A stretch of 64,000 nucleotides of DNA, taken from IMG/VR virus record IMGVR_UViG_3300020048_000092; one strand, written 5' to 3'. Made by a program: the position numbers and the translations under genes. Of this stretch, positions 30,239 through 40,941 are shown one piece after another (the first letter of the stretch is position 1; the number at the start of each line of letters is the position of its first letter). This DNA is from an uncultured virus (IMG/VR IMGVR_UViG_3300020048_000092) (Duplodnaviria; Heunggongvirae; Uroviricota; Caudoviricetes). The notes below the pieces were generated by a model. It searched no databases. It saw only the letters and a list, made by a program, of their open reading frames with translations, and was not told the origin of the DNA.

Positions 30239-31861
30239 ATGAAATACACCGAACATTTTTCAACAAAAGCAACTCCCCAAACAGAACCGATTCCTGGAAA
30301 AGTAATGGTAAAAAACAATGCAGGCGGATTCGGCTTTGAAGTATCAAAAGAAAAACAACTGGAAAGGTTCTTGATTTTAGGTACTGAAGGTGGTACCTAC
30401 TATGTAAAAGAGAAAAAACTAACAATCGAAAGTGCTACAAATGCTGTGGCATGTATTAAAGCCAAAGGAATGGCCGTAATCGATAAAGTACTGGCTATTT
30501 CGGATGAAGGTAGAGCTGCTAAGAACTCACCAGCACTATTTGTGTTAGCACTATGCACAGCACCACAGTTTGCAGATACCGAAACAAGAAAACGAGCATT
30601 CGAAGTACTACCCAAAGTAGCCAGAACCAGTACTCATTTGTTCGAGTTCGTTGACTACATGCAGAATTTTAGAGGCTGGGGCAGATTGGCACAGAATGGT
30701 ATACAGGATTGGTATCAGAAAAAAGATCCGGGACAGCTTGAATATCAAATGGTTAAATATCGCCAGAGAAATGGTTGGACTCATAATGATGTGCTTCGTT
30801 TGGCAAAACCTGTTCCGGTCAGTCCGTTACACAACCAGTTGTATAGCTTTGCTAAGAGTGGTATTTTGGAAGAGCCTCATGATTTCAAACTTATCAAGGG
30901 GTATGCTGAAATTGGGCGGGTTAAATCCGCAGTTGAGGCCGCTAAACTGGTAGCTGATTATAGACTACCATTGGAAGCGATTCCTACAGAGTTCAAGAAT
31001 AAGCCTGTTATCTGGGAAGCATTGCTTGGTCATCTACCTATTACTGCCACAATTCGAAACCTTCGAAACATGGCAAAGTATGGGTTCATGGTGCCGTTTA
31101 GTGATGCTTCTAAAATAGTTGCTAAACGAATTAGCGACTTGGATACCATAAAGAAGGGAAGAGTTCATCCTGCCCAGTTTATTAATGCCCTATTGAATTA
31201 CCCTACTGGTAAGCCTAGAATTGCCAGTTCTGGTGGTATTTTATTTGATAATAAGCCTGAAAATTCCTGGTTGGTGGACAAAGATGTTGTTGCCGCCCTT
31301 AACGCTGGGTTTAATAATAGCTTTAAAACAGTGTTACCGTCAGGAAAACGAATCATGCTGGCATTGGATGTATCAGGAAGTATGAATTGGCATTGGTGTG
31401 CTGGAATGGAAGGCGTAACACCTAGAGAAGCATCCGCTGCGTTAGCATTGATTACGGCTAACACAGAACCGAATCATTTTATTGGTGTGTTTCAACACGT
31501 TTTTACTCCCTTTACTAAAATTAAGGCTGGAATGTCCATTGATGATGCTATTGCTACCGTGAGTAAATTGACTATGGGTCCAACAAATATTTCGGCGCCT
31601 ATGGAATTTGCTATGAAGAATAAAATACCGGCCGATTTGTTTGCATGCTATACTGATAATGAGACCTGGTGGGGAAGCTTACACCCCCGTCAAGCATTAA
31701 AGCAATTCAATAATAAGTCTGGGTTGAATTCCAAGTTTGTAACTGTCTGCATGGTAAATAGCAATCATACAGTTGCCGATCCGGAGTATCCAAATATGAT
31801 GGACGTTGTTGGATTTGATACTGAAACTCCGAAAGCCATTTCGGAATTCGCTAGGATGTAA
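30239..31861 (+). CDS. Ro60/Rsr TROVE + vWA domain RNA-binding protein
   Basis: NNAGGFGF, RFLILGTEGGTYY, KYRQRNGWTHNDVLRLAKP, RVHP, ALDVSGSM, TDNETW, DVVGFD. Confidence 0.95.
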   Translation: MKYTEHFSTKATPQTEPIPGKVMVKNNAGGFGFEVSKEKQLERFLILGTEGGTYYVKEKKLTIESATNAVACIKAKGMAVIDKVLAISDEGRAAKNSPALFVLALCTAPQFADTETRKRAFEVLPKVARTSTHLFEFVDYMQNFRGWGRLAQNGIQDWYQKKDPGQLEYQMVKYRQRNGWTHNDVLRLAKPVPVSPLHNQLYSFAKSGILEEPHDFKLIKGYAEIGRVKSAVEAAKLVADYRLPLEAIPTEFKNKPVIWEALLGHLPITATIRNLRNMAKYGFMVPFSDASKIVAKRISDLDTIKKGRVHPAQFINALLNYPTGKPRIASSGGILFDNKPENSWLVDKDVVAALNAGFNNSFKTVLPSGKRIMLALDVSGSMNWHWCAGMEGVTPREASAALALITANTEPNHFIGVFQHVFTPFTKIKAGMSIDDAIATVSKLTMGPTNISAPMEFAMKNKIPADLFACYTDNETWWGSLHPRQALKQFNNKSGLNSKFVTVCMVNSNHTVADPEYPNMMDVVGFDTETPKAISEFARM

Positions 31862-32043
31862 AAAATGGTAAACGGAATTTATGAGGCAAAATCGTTTGAA
31901 ATAAATGTGCGTTCACCGGGAAGGTCAAGTTATTACTTTAGGCACTTTACTGATATAGTTAGTGCAATAGAATCTGCACTGACTGCAGAGTTAAGACTAA
32001 AGGAACCTACTTCTATAACATTAAAAGCTACGGATATAGAAAA

Positions 32044-32220
32044 ATGTTGTTAGATGTTACTACGATAAGATACCATGGAATAGTCAGAACAACCTCGTTT
32101 GAATTTATACAAGGAGCGAGTCTTCCAGAAGTAATAAACAAAGTATTAAAAAATGAAATAAACATAGCAAATCATAAAAAATTAACTTACATAGAATTGA
32201 AAGGTTTTAAGGATGAGTAA
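32044..32220 (+). CDS. 58-aa small protein (not in ORF track)
   Basis: Hand-translated MLLDVTTIRY...PEVINKVLKNE...; overlaps both flanking genes. Confidence 0.55.
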   Translation: MLLDVTTIRYHGIVRTTSFEFIQGASLPEVINKVLKNEINIANHKKLTYIELKGFKDE

Positions 32221-32422
32221 AATTGAACTTATTGAAGATGGTATAACACAAGAAGACATTCTAAGATCTCTGGCAACCGGTCTACAACAACTCTCCATAG
32301 AGGGTAAAAATGGCGAGACCTATATTGCTATGACTAAACAGACAAAGGGTGGAATATCTGTGGAATGCGTTGATGGTACTAAGTTTGATATCAAAATTAA
32401 TTCAATAGCTTAAATAATAAGC

Positions 32423-32451
32423 GGGAAGGTGATGAATAATTTCACCTTCCC
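32423..32451 (+). promoter_or_regulatory. Intergenic 10-bp perfect hairpin without U-tract
   Basis: GGGAAGGTGA-TGAATAATT-TCACCTTCCC. Confidence 0.6.
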
Positions 32452-32467
32452 ATAAGAAAGGTGTATT

Positions 32468-33166
32468 ATGAGTATTATAGTTGCTGGGGATTTACATGGT
32501 TACTGGGGACCACTAAATACTCTAATAGACAAAAGGAAACCAGGGATAGTGTTGCAATGTGGCGACTTTGGCTGGTGGCCAAAATTCCATAACCAAAAGA
32601 CAGATGTAGATCGTATAGACAAAAAACGATGGAATTTATATGGTTTAAAGCCTCAAAAAACCAAAATATATTTCTGTCCGGGCAATCATGAGGATTGGGA
32701 AGATCTACTATTAAAAGGAGATTTGCCTTATGAAGTAATGCCAAATGTCTTCTATATGCCACGTACTACAATATTCACACTTCCTGATAACCGAACTGTT
32801 TTGTTTATGGGTGGAGCAGCTTCGATTGATAGGAACTATAGAACTCAAGGAGTTGATTGGTTTCCACAAGAATTAATTCCCTATGCCGAGTTTTATAAAC
32901 TTCAAGAACTCAATGTACCAAAGATTGACATTGTCATAAGTCATACATGTCCTATGGAATTTGCTCCAATGTTACAGAAAGTAGGAGTTTTCAGATATAA
33001 TTTTCATGACAGTAGTCAAGAAGTTTTATCAGCAATATTACAAGAATATACCCCCGATTTATGGTACTTTGGCCATTTCCATGCTGGGGTGACTGGAAAA
33101 TATAATAACACAAATTGGTATTGTTTGAATGACATCCCAAATATTAATTGGTGGAGGTATTTATAA
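32468..33166 (+). CDS. Calcineurin-like metallophosphoesterase
   Basis: GDLHG, GDFG, GNHE, SHTCP, GHFH. Confidence 0.9.
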   Translation: MSIIVAGDLHGYWGPLNTLIDKRKPGIVLQCGDFGWWPKFHNQKTDVDRIDKKRWNLYGLKPQKTKIYFCPGNHEDWEDLLLKGDLPYEVMPNVFYMPRTTIFTLPDNRTVLFMGGAASIDRNYRTQGVDWFPQELIPYAEFYKLQELNVPKIDIVISHTCPMEFAPMLQKVGVFRYNFHDSSQEVLSAILQEYTPDLWYFGHFHAGVTGKYNNTNWYCLNDIPNINWWRYL

Positions 33167-34371
33167 AATGTGTGAAAAAGAATTAGTTGTAGCTTTCTCA
33201 ATGGGTGCCTCGGAGTTTTTAGAAGAAGAACTAATGCTTATAACTGAAAAGTTCGGAAAAATATCTTTTGTTGAAAATGGAAAATATAACTATGATCCAA
33301 AAGATAGTCATCCACACCAATGGTTAGCTACGCAAGAAGATTGTGATCATATGAATAAATTATTTGCTACTGAGAAGGATAAAAAAGATGCCAAAATTAA
33401 AGAGAAAGCGTCGGCATAAAAGAAAAGACGCTATACCATTTAGTCACGTAAGAAAACCGATACCTCGTCCTGGAACTACTATGGAGAGTATTAAGGATTA
33501 TAAAAGAAAAAGAAAACATAAAAAAGATTGGGAAGAGGGTGATTGATATGTACCTACAACCATCAAAAGAAGCAGAAGAAAAGGAATCATCAGAATACAA
33601 CTGGTGGAATTATTTTAGAGTTGACACTGACTTTTGTAGATTCCCTGGAAAATATATAGAAGATGTATACCGTGCAGGAAGAACACAACTATCATTTAGA
33701 TTCTGGGTTGATTATGTTTCAGGATTCCATAGTTATCAAATATTTAATCAGAATGGTGCTAAGTGTAACACAAGAAATCTCTCTGATTATGAATTGTCTG
33801 TTATATGTCTTCTGAATCGTGCTATAAGATTTGCTAAATTAAGTATGGCCCGCGCAGTACAAATCAGCATTACAGATAAATATATGCTTGAAGCAGTATT
33901 TACAAAGGGGTTTACTGATATAGTTGCACAAAGCGATGAGTATTTTTCGGCAATAAAAAGATTAAATTAAGGATAGTATATGTATATACAACCAATAGAA
34001 GAACATAAAGGCTTTATAAGTCTAGAAAATACGCATGCAGTGCCAAACAGGAAGGTCTTTATTGGAAAGTCCATAGGTGGAATCTACCATTACAAGATAT
34101 TATTTACTACCCACTACAATGGTAATGCGTACTTACATAGTTATTCGGATCTTACAGCCGAGCCGGTGCTAGAAGTAAATACGCGTCAGGATTTTGAATT
34201 GTATACTTTACTGACTATAGACAAGCTAATCTATGCGGCAAAAAATCATAAGGTATCACAATTACAAATAGGCACTCATGACGAAAGAATTATTGAGGCA
34301 TTACATCAGAGAGGTTTTGAGTTAAGAGCTTCTCATGATAGATGGAGGCCTAAATTTTTTGGGAGACTAAA

Positions 34372-35541
34372 ATGTCAGAATTCAATCTCTGTATAAACGA
34401 TAAGTTATCCGAAGCATATGACATAGATGATTTTCTTCATACTATAAAGACCATGTATGGTATAAAAGTAACAGAAGACATTGTAGCTGGTACTAGGATA
34501 GCTATGTTAACCAGGCCAAATCATCCAGATAGTACAAGTGTATTTCAAGATGAATGCAGTTTACTAATTGTGGATGAAGACTTAAATATTGTAGCAAAAA
34601 CAATAGATCGGATTTATCCATATGGTCATTCATACTCTGAAATATCAACTGCTGAAAAAAATTTCCCGTTGATTGCAGAGGAGTGGTTACCCGGTATTCA
34701 GGTGGTAGTATCAAAATTTAAAGGCGTTCATTTAATAAGTACAAAAGATGATATCCAGGGTTTAAACACTGTGTTTCCTAGTGGTAAATCAGTTGCTGAA
34801 ATAGTGGTTGAAAAAATTCGCGCCTTACGAGGAGCTGTGGATGTAGATGATCTGTTTAACTTCGGTGATTCTGGGGAATATATGTCCTGGACATTTCAGT
34901 TGGTACCAGACAATGGTGATTATGAATTAGTCCTTTTATCAGTATTCGATTTAGATACAGTAGAAGAACTTGATAAAATCCAACTATCAGAGCTTTCAGC
35001 TAACTTTGGTATGACAGTTCCTTCAGAACGCACCGTTTTCCGGTACGAAGATATGAAAAAAGTTATGCTCAGCTTGTATAACATTAATAAAGATATAAAA
35101 GGTGTAATTCTACGAAATTCACTGGGAGAACGAACAAAAGTGTTGTTACACAAACACAGACAAAGAACGCGTGGGGTCAAAGGTAAAATACTCACGCTTG
35201 CTGAATATGTGCTAAACAACAATACAATTGAGGATAATAATTCAAAACAAATCGTAGAATTAATGCAATCAAATTTGAAATTGATGAGAGATGAGGTGAG
35301 GGCTGTCTACGAATTATATAAAACGGTAAGAACAAAAAAGAAATTTGTAGAGAGAGTGGCACATTATCCTATGTGTAGAGTATTGTATGCTCTCAAAGAT
35401 GGTAGAATAAATGAAATTGAGGAATTACACAAAGTAGTCTCACCGTCTTACTTTGTAAAACTATTAAACAAAGTGGACAAAGATAAGTTTTCTACAGAAT
35501 TGCAGAATTACAAGGAGATTTTATGTCAGCCAGAAGAGTAA
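34372..35541 (+). CDS. T4 Rnl1-like RNA ligase homologue, apparently catalytically degenerate
   Basis: ECSLLIVD..IVAK, EEWLPG (for EKxDG), ISTK, TFQL (for FEL), IKGVIL (for EGxV), RTKV. Confidence 0.55.
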   Translation: MSEFNLCINDKLSEAYDIDDFLHTIKTMYGIKVTEDIVAGTRIAMLTRPNHPDSTSVFQDECSLLIVDEDLNIVAKTIDRIYPYGHSYSEISTAEKNFPLIAEEWLPGIQVVVSKFKGVHLISTKDDIQGLNTVFPSGKSVAEIVVEKIRALRGAVDVDDLFNFGDSGEYMSWTFQLVPDNGDYELVLLSVFDLDTVEELDKIQLSELSANFGMTVPSERTVFRYEDMKKVMLSLYNINKDIKGVILRNSLGERTKVLLHKHRQRTRGVKGKILTLAEYVLNNNTIEDNNSKQIVELMQSNLKLMRDEVRAVYELYKTVRTKKKFVERVAHYPMCRVLYALKDGRINEIEELHKVVSPSYFVKLLNKVDKDKFSTELQNYKEILCQPEE

Positions 35542-36317
35542 AGTGGTTTGGTAAAAAACAACAAGTATCAGAAATATATCAACAATTTGGTATGGTATTT
35601 TCCTTTGTCAATACAATTGATGACGGACTGGTACAATGCCACCAATGGATAAAGTGTAGAGACTTTTTACATGATGCATTAAGAACTGCATTGACTGGGA
35701 AACAATCTTCAATCTACGGCTTTGTGTTTACAAAAGGTAAAAATCCCGATATTAATTTGGATAGAACCATGATGTTAATCAGTGAGCCTAATATAACAGA
35801 TGCAAGAGCCTTTAGAAAAATTCTTACGCGCTCATTGCGGTTAGTTCATCACTATGAAAATATGATTGGGGAGTCTCTAAGTAGAATTACAAAAGTGAGC
35901 CCTGATACTGAAAATGGCTATAAGCATGCGTGGCTCATAGAAGGATCTAAATTTTGGATTTCAGCTCCACATTTGATTTCATTATATACACTGCTCCTTA
36001 GATTAGGAGGAGAAGATATAAAAGTATCCGTTAAAGAAGAAAATTTACTGAAATCATTTGATGATATCATAAAAAACAAAAAAGATCAGTTGACCAATGA
36101 TACCAAATATCTTAAAACTGTTGGTAAATATATTGGTCCAGTACTGAAACTTAACAGCGAAATAGTTAAGTATAATGACGCTGGTTTTTCATTAACATAT
36201 TTTGACGAAATTCCTATCAACTCGTTCCATAATAGCTCGGGAATATTCAGTTTATGTGGTATGCGTACATGGTCAAAAGATCTAAATGATATAATTAAAG
36301 AAAAAATCAATAAATAA
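35523..36317 (+). CDS. Hypothetical protein, paralog of 36329-37171
   Basis: FSFV...CRDFLHD...W..GSKFW..P.LISLY.LLLRLG. Confidence 0.7.
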   Translation: MSARRVKWFGKKQQVSEIYQQFGMVFSFVNTIDDGLVQCHQWIKCRDFLHDALRTALTGKQSSIYGFVFTKGKNPDINLDRTMMLISEPNITDARAFRKILTRSLRLVHHYENMIGESLSRITKVSPDTENGYKHAWLIEGSKFWISAPHLISLYTLLLRLGGEDIKVSVKEENLLKSFDDIIKNKKDQLTNDTKYLKTVGKYIGPVLKLNSEIVKYNDAGFSLTYFDEIPINSFHNSSGIFSLCGMRTWSKDLNDIIKEKINK

Positions 36318-36328
36318 GGGAGAAAAAA

Positions 36329-37171
36329 GTGACCGAAAAAGCAGTTGAAAAGAAAAAGTTAATTCGTATTGTGGTAGATAGTGGAATAGTTTATACTACA
36401 GGGACGAGTAAGTTAAGGATAAATGATGGAATAAATTTTGCTTTTGTATCCGCTGAGGATGAGATTAAAGACGGTCAAAAATCAAAAAAGCAAATTTCTA
36501 AATTTGTGACATGTAGGGAGCAGTTATGCGAAATGCCTCGTTCTTTTCTACATAAGACAGATATCTATCAAATGTTCCCATTTTCGAAATACACCCTGGA
36601 CATGACCAAATTAAGGCTTTTGATTGGAATTAGGGATGACAAACCATATAAAAAGGAGCATGTATTTTCAGCAAAGAGAGTAATAAATATGCTGGAAGAA
36701 GAAGCAGGATGGGAAAAATCAATCATAACAACTGTAAAACATCCAGCGTTCGAGGATAGTATTAATTTTTGGATGCTTACCGGCCCTGAAAAATGGATTA
36801 GAGTTCCACAGATGTTGTCTTTAGTATGCCTCATTATAAGACTCGGCTGTAAATTTGGTCCATTTAATGCCACTAACATGAAAGATTTGAATAAAACATT
36901 TACCGGTATCTCGAACGGTAGTATAAAATGCGATTCAGACGAACAGGCTGATAGAAGTTATATCGGAACTGTAAAGAATCATATAATTCCATTAATGAAA
37001 TCTCTGGACAAAGTATTTTCTGAACCTTCAGAATATTATTATACAAGTTCAAAGAACACAGATGGCGGATGGACAGGTTATGGTGGTATAGATACTTTTT
37101 GTAAATGCTCATCAGGCAATAAAAAGTTAACAGAAGCTTTTAGAACTCATATTTTAAAGAAAGGGGAGTAG
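36329..37171 (+). CDS. Hypothetical protein, paralog of 35523-36317
   Basis: FAFV...CREQLCE...WMLTGPEKW..PQMLSLV.LIIRLG. Confidence 0.7.
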   Translation: MTEKAVEKKKLIRIVVDSGIVYTTGTSKLRINDGINFAFVSAEDEIKDGQKSKKQISKFVTCREQLCEMPRSFLHKTDIYQMFPFSKYTLDMTKLRLLIGIRDDKPYKKEHVFSAKRVINMLEEEAGWEKSIITTVKHPAFEDSINFWMLTGPEKWIRVPQMLSLVCLIIRLGCKFGPFNATNMKDLNKTFTGISNGSIKCDSDEQADRSYIGTVKNHIIPLMKSLDKVFSEPSEYYYTSSKNTDGGWTGYGGIDTFCKCSSGNKKLTEAFRTHILKKGE

Positions 37172-37174
37172 TCA

Positions 37175-38104
37175 ATGTCAAAAAGAAGAATCATTACAAT
37201 TGGAACTGATCCTGAATACTTCATGCGTAATATTGCAACTACCGGTTTAGTATCAGCAATTCCTTATATTAAGGGCGGAAAACATGATCCGGAAAAACTA
37301 CCATCTGGTGGAAATTTACAATCAGATAATGTAGCAGTTGAATTTGCTACACTTCCGGCAAAATCTACAGAGGACTTTATCCGGAATTTGAAAACCACTA
37401 TTTTTGAGGCATCTCAGAAACTACCGAAAGGTTTTGAACTGGCTGCGATTCCGTCTGCCCAATTTGATCCAAAAGAATTAGAAGACCCCAAAGCATGTCA
37501 GTTTGGATGCGATCCGGATGCTTGTGCCTGGGAACTTCGTTATAATGATCCCCCGATAGTCGATGACCCAACCTTCAGATCCTGTGGTGGGCATATCCAT
37601 ATCGGATGTCTTGATGAAGATGGTATCCTTACACACAAAGATGCAGAATTCTTACTGGATGATCTTGGTAAAATCACAATGGTAAGAGGAATGGATCTTT
37701 TCCATGGCGTTATCTCAACAATACTTGATAATTCAGAAGCAGCCATTGAACGAAGAAAGTTATATGGTAAAGCCGGATGTCATAGGCCTACTGTGTATGG
37801 AGTAGAATATCGAACATTAAGCAATTACTGGACTAAAACTCCGTATTCTTCAATGCTCATGTCAAGTCTTGCTGACGATGTAGTGGAATTGATCGTTAGT
37901 AATAAGTTAAACGATCTAATTGAGGAAGTCGGTAGTGATAAAATACGTCATATTATTAACAAAGGCGATGTGGCTGCCGCAACCGAAGTATTGAACTCCG
38001 TACTATTGCCCCATCTGAGTGAAGAGTCAAGGTTCTATTTGGATGAATGCATGGCAAAACTAAAGAATGAAAACAATTTGTTGAAATCCTGGCAACTCGG
38101 TTAA
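37175..38104 (+). CDS. phiEco32-like COOH-NH2 ligase type 2
   Basis: IGTDPEYF, DNVAVEF, GCDPD, RSCGGHIHIG, RRKLYGKAG, GVEYRTLSNYW. Confidence 0.9.
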   Translation: MSKRRIITIGTDPEYFMRNIATTGLVSAIPYIKGGKHDPEKLPSGGNLQSDNVAVEFATLPAKSTEDFIRNLKTTIFEASQKLPKGFELAAIPSAQFDPKELEDPKACQFGCDPDACAWELRYNDPPIVDDPTFRSCGGHIHIGCLDEDGILTHKDAEFLLDDLGKITMVRGMDLFHGVISTILDNSEAAIERRKLYGKAGCHRPTVYGVEYRTLSNYWTKTPYSSMLMSSLADDVVELIVSNKLNDLIEEVGSDKIRHIINKGDVAAATEVLNSVLLPHLSEESRFYLDECMAKLKNENNLLKSWQLG

Positions 38105-38125
38105 AAAATAATAAGGAGAAATACA

Positions 38126-38995
38126 GTGAATATTGTAGTTACAACCAATAATAGTGGTGGCACCTCAGAGATTCCTGGAAGAGCACAGAATGCAGCCTAT
38201 TGTAAATATGTTGCATCAGCGGGCTATAATCCTGTACTTGCCCCAATGGAAGCAGATCCTGAAGCGTTGGCCATTATGGGCGATGGTTTACTTTTAGCTG
38301 GCGGAATTGATATTGATCCGATTTACTATGGGTTCAGTAATATATGCTCAACTAATGTAGATCCTGAGAAAGATGATTTCGAAAGACAATTGCTTCATAA
38401 ATTCAGAGAATATGGTAAACCTATTTTTGGAATCTGTAGAGGTTTCCAGTTGATTTTCAGGGAGTTATTGTTTGCACATCCTGAACAAGCACTTTACAAC
38501 AGATACTTCGAATATCTTGAAAATGTTGATAGACATTCTCAAGCTACTTTGAGTGTAGCCAGACGATTTCCATCACACCAAGTTCGTGCAAACATTAAGT
38601 CTCTTCTGAATGATGGAAGTCCACGAGTTACCGGAATACTTCCTGTGAATAGTATGCATCATCAAGCAGTTGCTGTCAATTTCGCAAAAGCTACTCGGGA
38701 ATTATACCCAGCTATTGCTGCGCGTAAAGATTTGGATAAAACAGAACCATCAGTTCTGACTATAAAGGATGTAGAACTGGTAGCATGGACTATGCGTGGA
38801 GTACAGCAACCTACCAAGTCCAAATTACCTGACTATGACAACTATTGGACGATTCTTGAAGCCGCCAAAATAAACAACTGGGGCGCTCCAATAATGGGTG
38901 TTCAATGGCATCCTGAAGAGCTTAAAGATATCAGACCGATCAGAAAATTTTTCGGAGGAGACAATAAAAAGGTTGCTGTAATCGGTGATATATAA
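38126..38995 (+). CDS. Class I glutamine amidotransferase (peptidase C26 / PuuD-like)
   Basis: LLLAGGIDIDP..YG, GICRGFQ, VNSMHHQ, GVQWHPE. Confidence 0.9.
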   Translation: MNIVVTTNNSGGTSEIPGRAQNAAYCKYVASAGYNPVLAPMEADPEALAIMGDGLLLAGGIDIDPIYYGFSNICSTNVDPEKDDFERQLLHKFREYGKPIFGICRGFQLIFRELLFAHPEQALYNRYFEYLENVDRHSQATLSVARRFPSHQVRANIKSLLNDGSPRVTGILPVNSMHHQAVAVNFAKATRELYPAIAARKDLDKTEPSVLTIKDVELVAWTMRGVQQPTKSKLPDYDNYWTILEAAKINNWGAPIMGVQWHPEELKDIRPIRKFFGGDNKKVAVIGDI

Positions 38996-39233
38996 TGCGA
39001 ACATGGGAAGTCACTATAAAGGAAGTTAACGAATCGGAGATAAAAAATCATATTGATTTGATGTCTTTGAGATCCACAGTACGAGCGTTAAAAACGACCG
39101 GTAAAGACTTTATTGAAAATAGCTGGGCAAACCCAATAACTCCTTTATTGATAGAACATGTGTTTTTACAAAATTCTGCTACATTAGGCAAAATATTACA
39201 TTTTACACTTCCAACAAAATAAGGATAGATGTT

Positions 39234-39884
39234 ATGCTAGTTCCAAAGTTAATACGCGGTGAACCAGTTATATTACCAATAGATACTCCATGGGTGATAG
39301 ATGTATTGGATGAAAGATTCGACGACGCAATATCTATGCTGGATAGCTATTGTATAATTTATGGAGGTGCTGTAAGAGATGCGTTGGCTGATATAAAAAT
39401 AGAGGGGGATTTGGATATTTTAGTCCCTGAATGGGGGATAGGTGCTATTTATAATAACTTCTCTACTTCAGCAAGATGGACTGAATGTGCAAAGAAAAAC
39501 TCAGGTGATGCTAACTCAAGTATTGGGAATCTGATTTCTAAAGTGTATACATTTGTAAATGCTAATAATGTAGAAGTACAACTTATTAGCCCTTTGCATT
39601 TAAACTCTGCTACATTAAAAGATTACCCCTTAGACGTTGATTGTATTAGCGTAGTAAAGGCGGTAGACATTAGGTGTTGTGGTGTTTCAATGGATACAAA
39701 TGGTAAAGTATTTGAGGTAGTAGAAGGTGCTTTTGATGATTGTCAAAAAAAAGTATTAACCCTAAACATTAAAGGGCCTATAACCAAAACCAAATTGAAC
39801 CATTTATCCAGTCGTATAAAAAAGTTTGAAACACGCGGTTGGAAAAACAATATCAATATCAATAAAATAACTGTGAAAGGTTAG
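39234..39884 (+). CDS. Poly(A) polymerase/CCA head-domain nucleotidyltransferase (short)
   Basis: YGGAVRD...GDLDILV, later DIRCC. Confidence 0.7.
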   Translation: MLVPKLIRGEPVILPIDTPWVIDVLDERFDDAISMLDSYCIIYGGAVRDALADIKIEGDLDILVPEWGIGAIYNNFSTSARWTECAKKNSGDANSSIGNLISKVYTFVNANNVEVQLISPLHLNSATLKDYPLDVDCISVVKAVDIRCCGVSMDTNGKVFEVVEGAFDDCQKKVLTLNIKGPITKTKLNHLSSRIKKFETRGWKNNININKITVKG

Positions 39885-40233
39885 GGAGAACAAGAATGGC
39901 TAAGAAAACAACAATTTCGTCTATTATGCTACAAGCAACATCTATTCCGGAATTTGCGGCTGTGTACTTTAGAGTAGGAAGTCTACCACTGAAGGCTGAC
40001 GGGCAGTTATGTACAACTCCTGATGGTAACCCAGCATTTCCGCCGGTAAGTGAAATCAGGCACTGCAGAGATCGTTTTGGCGGCGGCGCACAGATAGCTG
40101 TACCATGCTATGATGTGCATTTTGAAGGAAGTGATGAAAGACTGATCATTCCAGCAACACAATTTGTTCAGGTTACAATAGTAATGGATGAAGACACAGT
40201 CCCTGGATTACCGGAATAGGAGAATATCTATAA

Positions 40234-40941
40234 ATGCAACATAAAATTTTGGTACTGAATGGTCGAAGTTACGCAAAAGCTCTTATTGGCCTCGGAGACA
40301 TTGAATACTATACGACATCTTTTTTTAAAGATCCCGAATCTTTTGGCTTAGTACTATTCACTGGTGGGGAAGATGTCACTCCAGAATGGTATGGTGAAAG
40401 AAGCCCACATCATATGTGCTATTACAACACAGCACGTGATAAAGAGGAGCGTGAAGTCTTCAGTGTAGCAAGAGAAAACAACATCAGATGTATTGGTATA
40501 TGTAGAGGTGTACAGTTCTTGAATGTAATGGCTGGCGGGAAAATGTACCATGATGTAGACAACCATGCTGGCAAACACCACGAAGTAGAAACTTTAACTG
40601 GTGAAATTATCAGGGTAAATTCACTTCACCATCAAATGGTAATACCACCGGAAAATGCTAATATTATAGCGTGGGCTAAGGAAACTCGTTCAACGAGATA
40701 TTATGGTAACGATGATAAATTGGTGCCCGGCCCTGAAAAAGAGCCTGAAGCAGTTCTATTTCCAAAGATAGAATCAGCAGGTGTCCAATGGCATCCGGAA
40801 ATGTTATCAGAAACTATGCGTGGTAGCATGTGGTTCTATGAACTGGTCAAGGATTTACTACATATGAAAGATTTTTCAGAAATAGTAAATAAATACACAG
40901 GGGAAAAATGTCAACAATTTCGTTGCGCTACAGTACAATAG
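40234..40941 (+). CDS. Class I glutamine amidotransferase (peptidase C26-like), second copy
   Basis: FTGGEDV.P..YG, GICRGVQ, VNSLHHQ, GVQWHPE. Confidence 0.9.
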   Translation: MQHKILVLNGRSYAKALIGLGDIEYYTTSFFKDPESFGLVLFTGGEDVTPEWYGERSPHHMCYYNTARDKEEREVFSVARENNIRCIGICRGVQFLNVMAGGKMYHDVDNHAGKHHEVETLTGEIIRVNSLHHQMVIPPENANIIAWAKETRSTRYYGNDDKLVPGPEKEPEAVLFPKIESAGVQWHPEMLSETMRGSMWFYELVKDLLHMKDFSEIVNKYTGEKCQQFRCATVQ

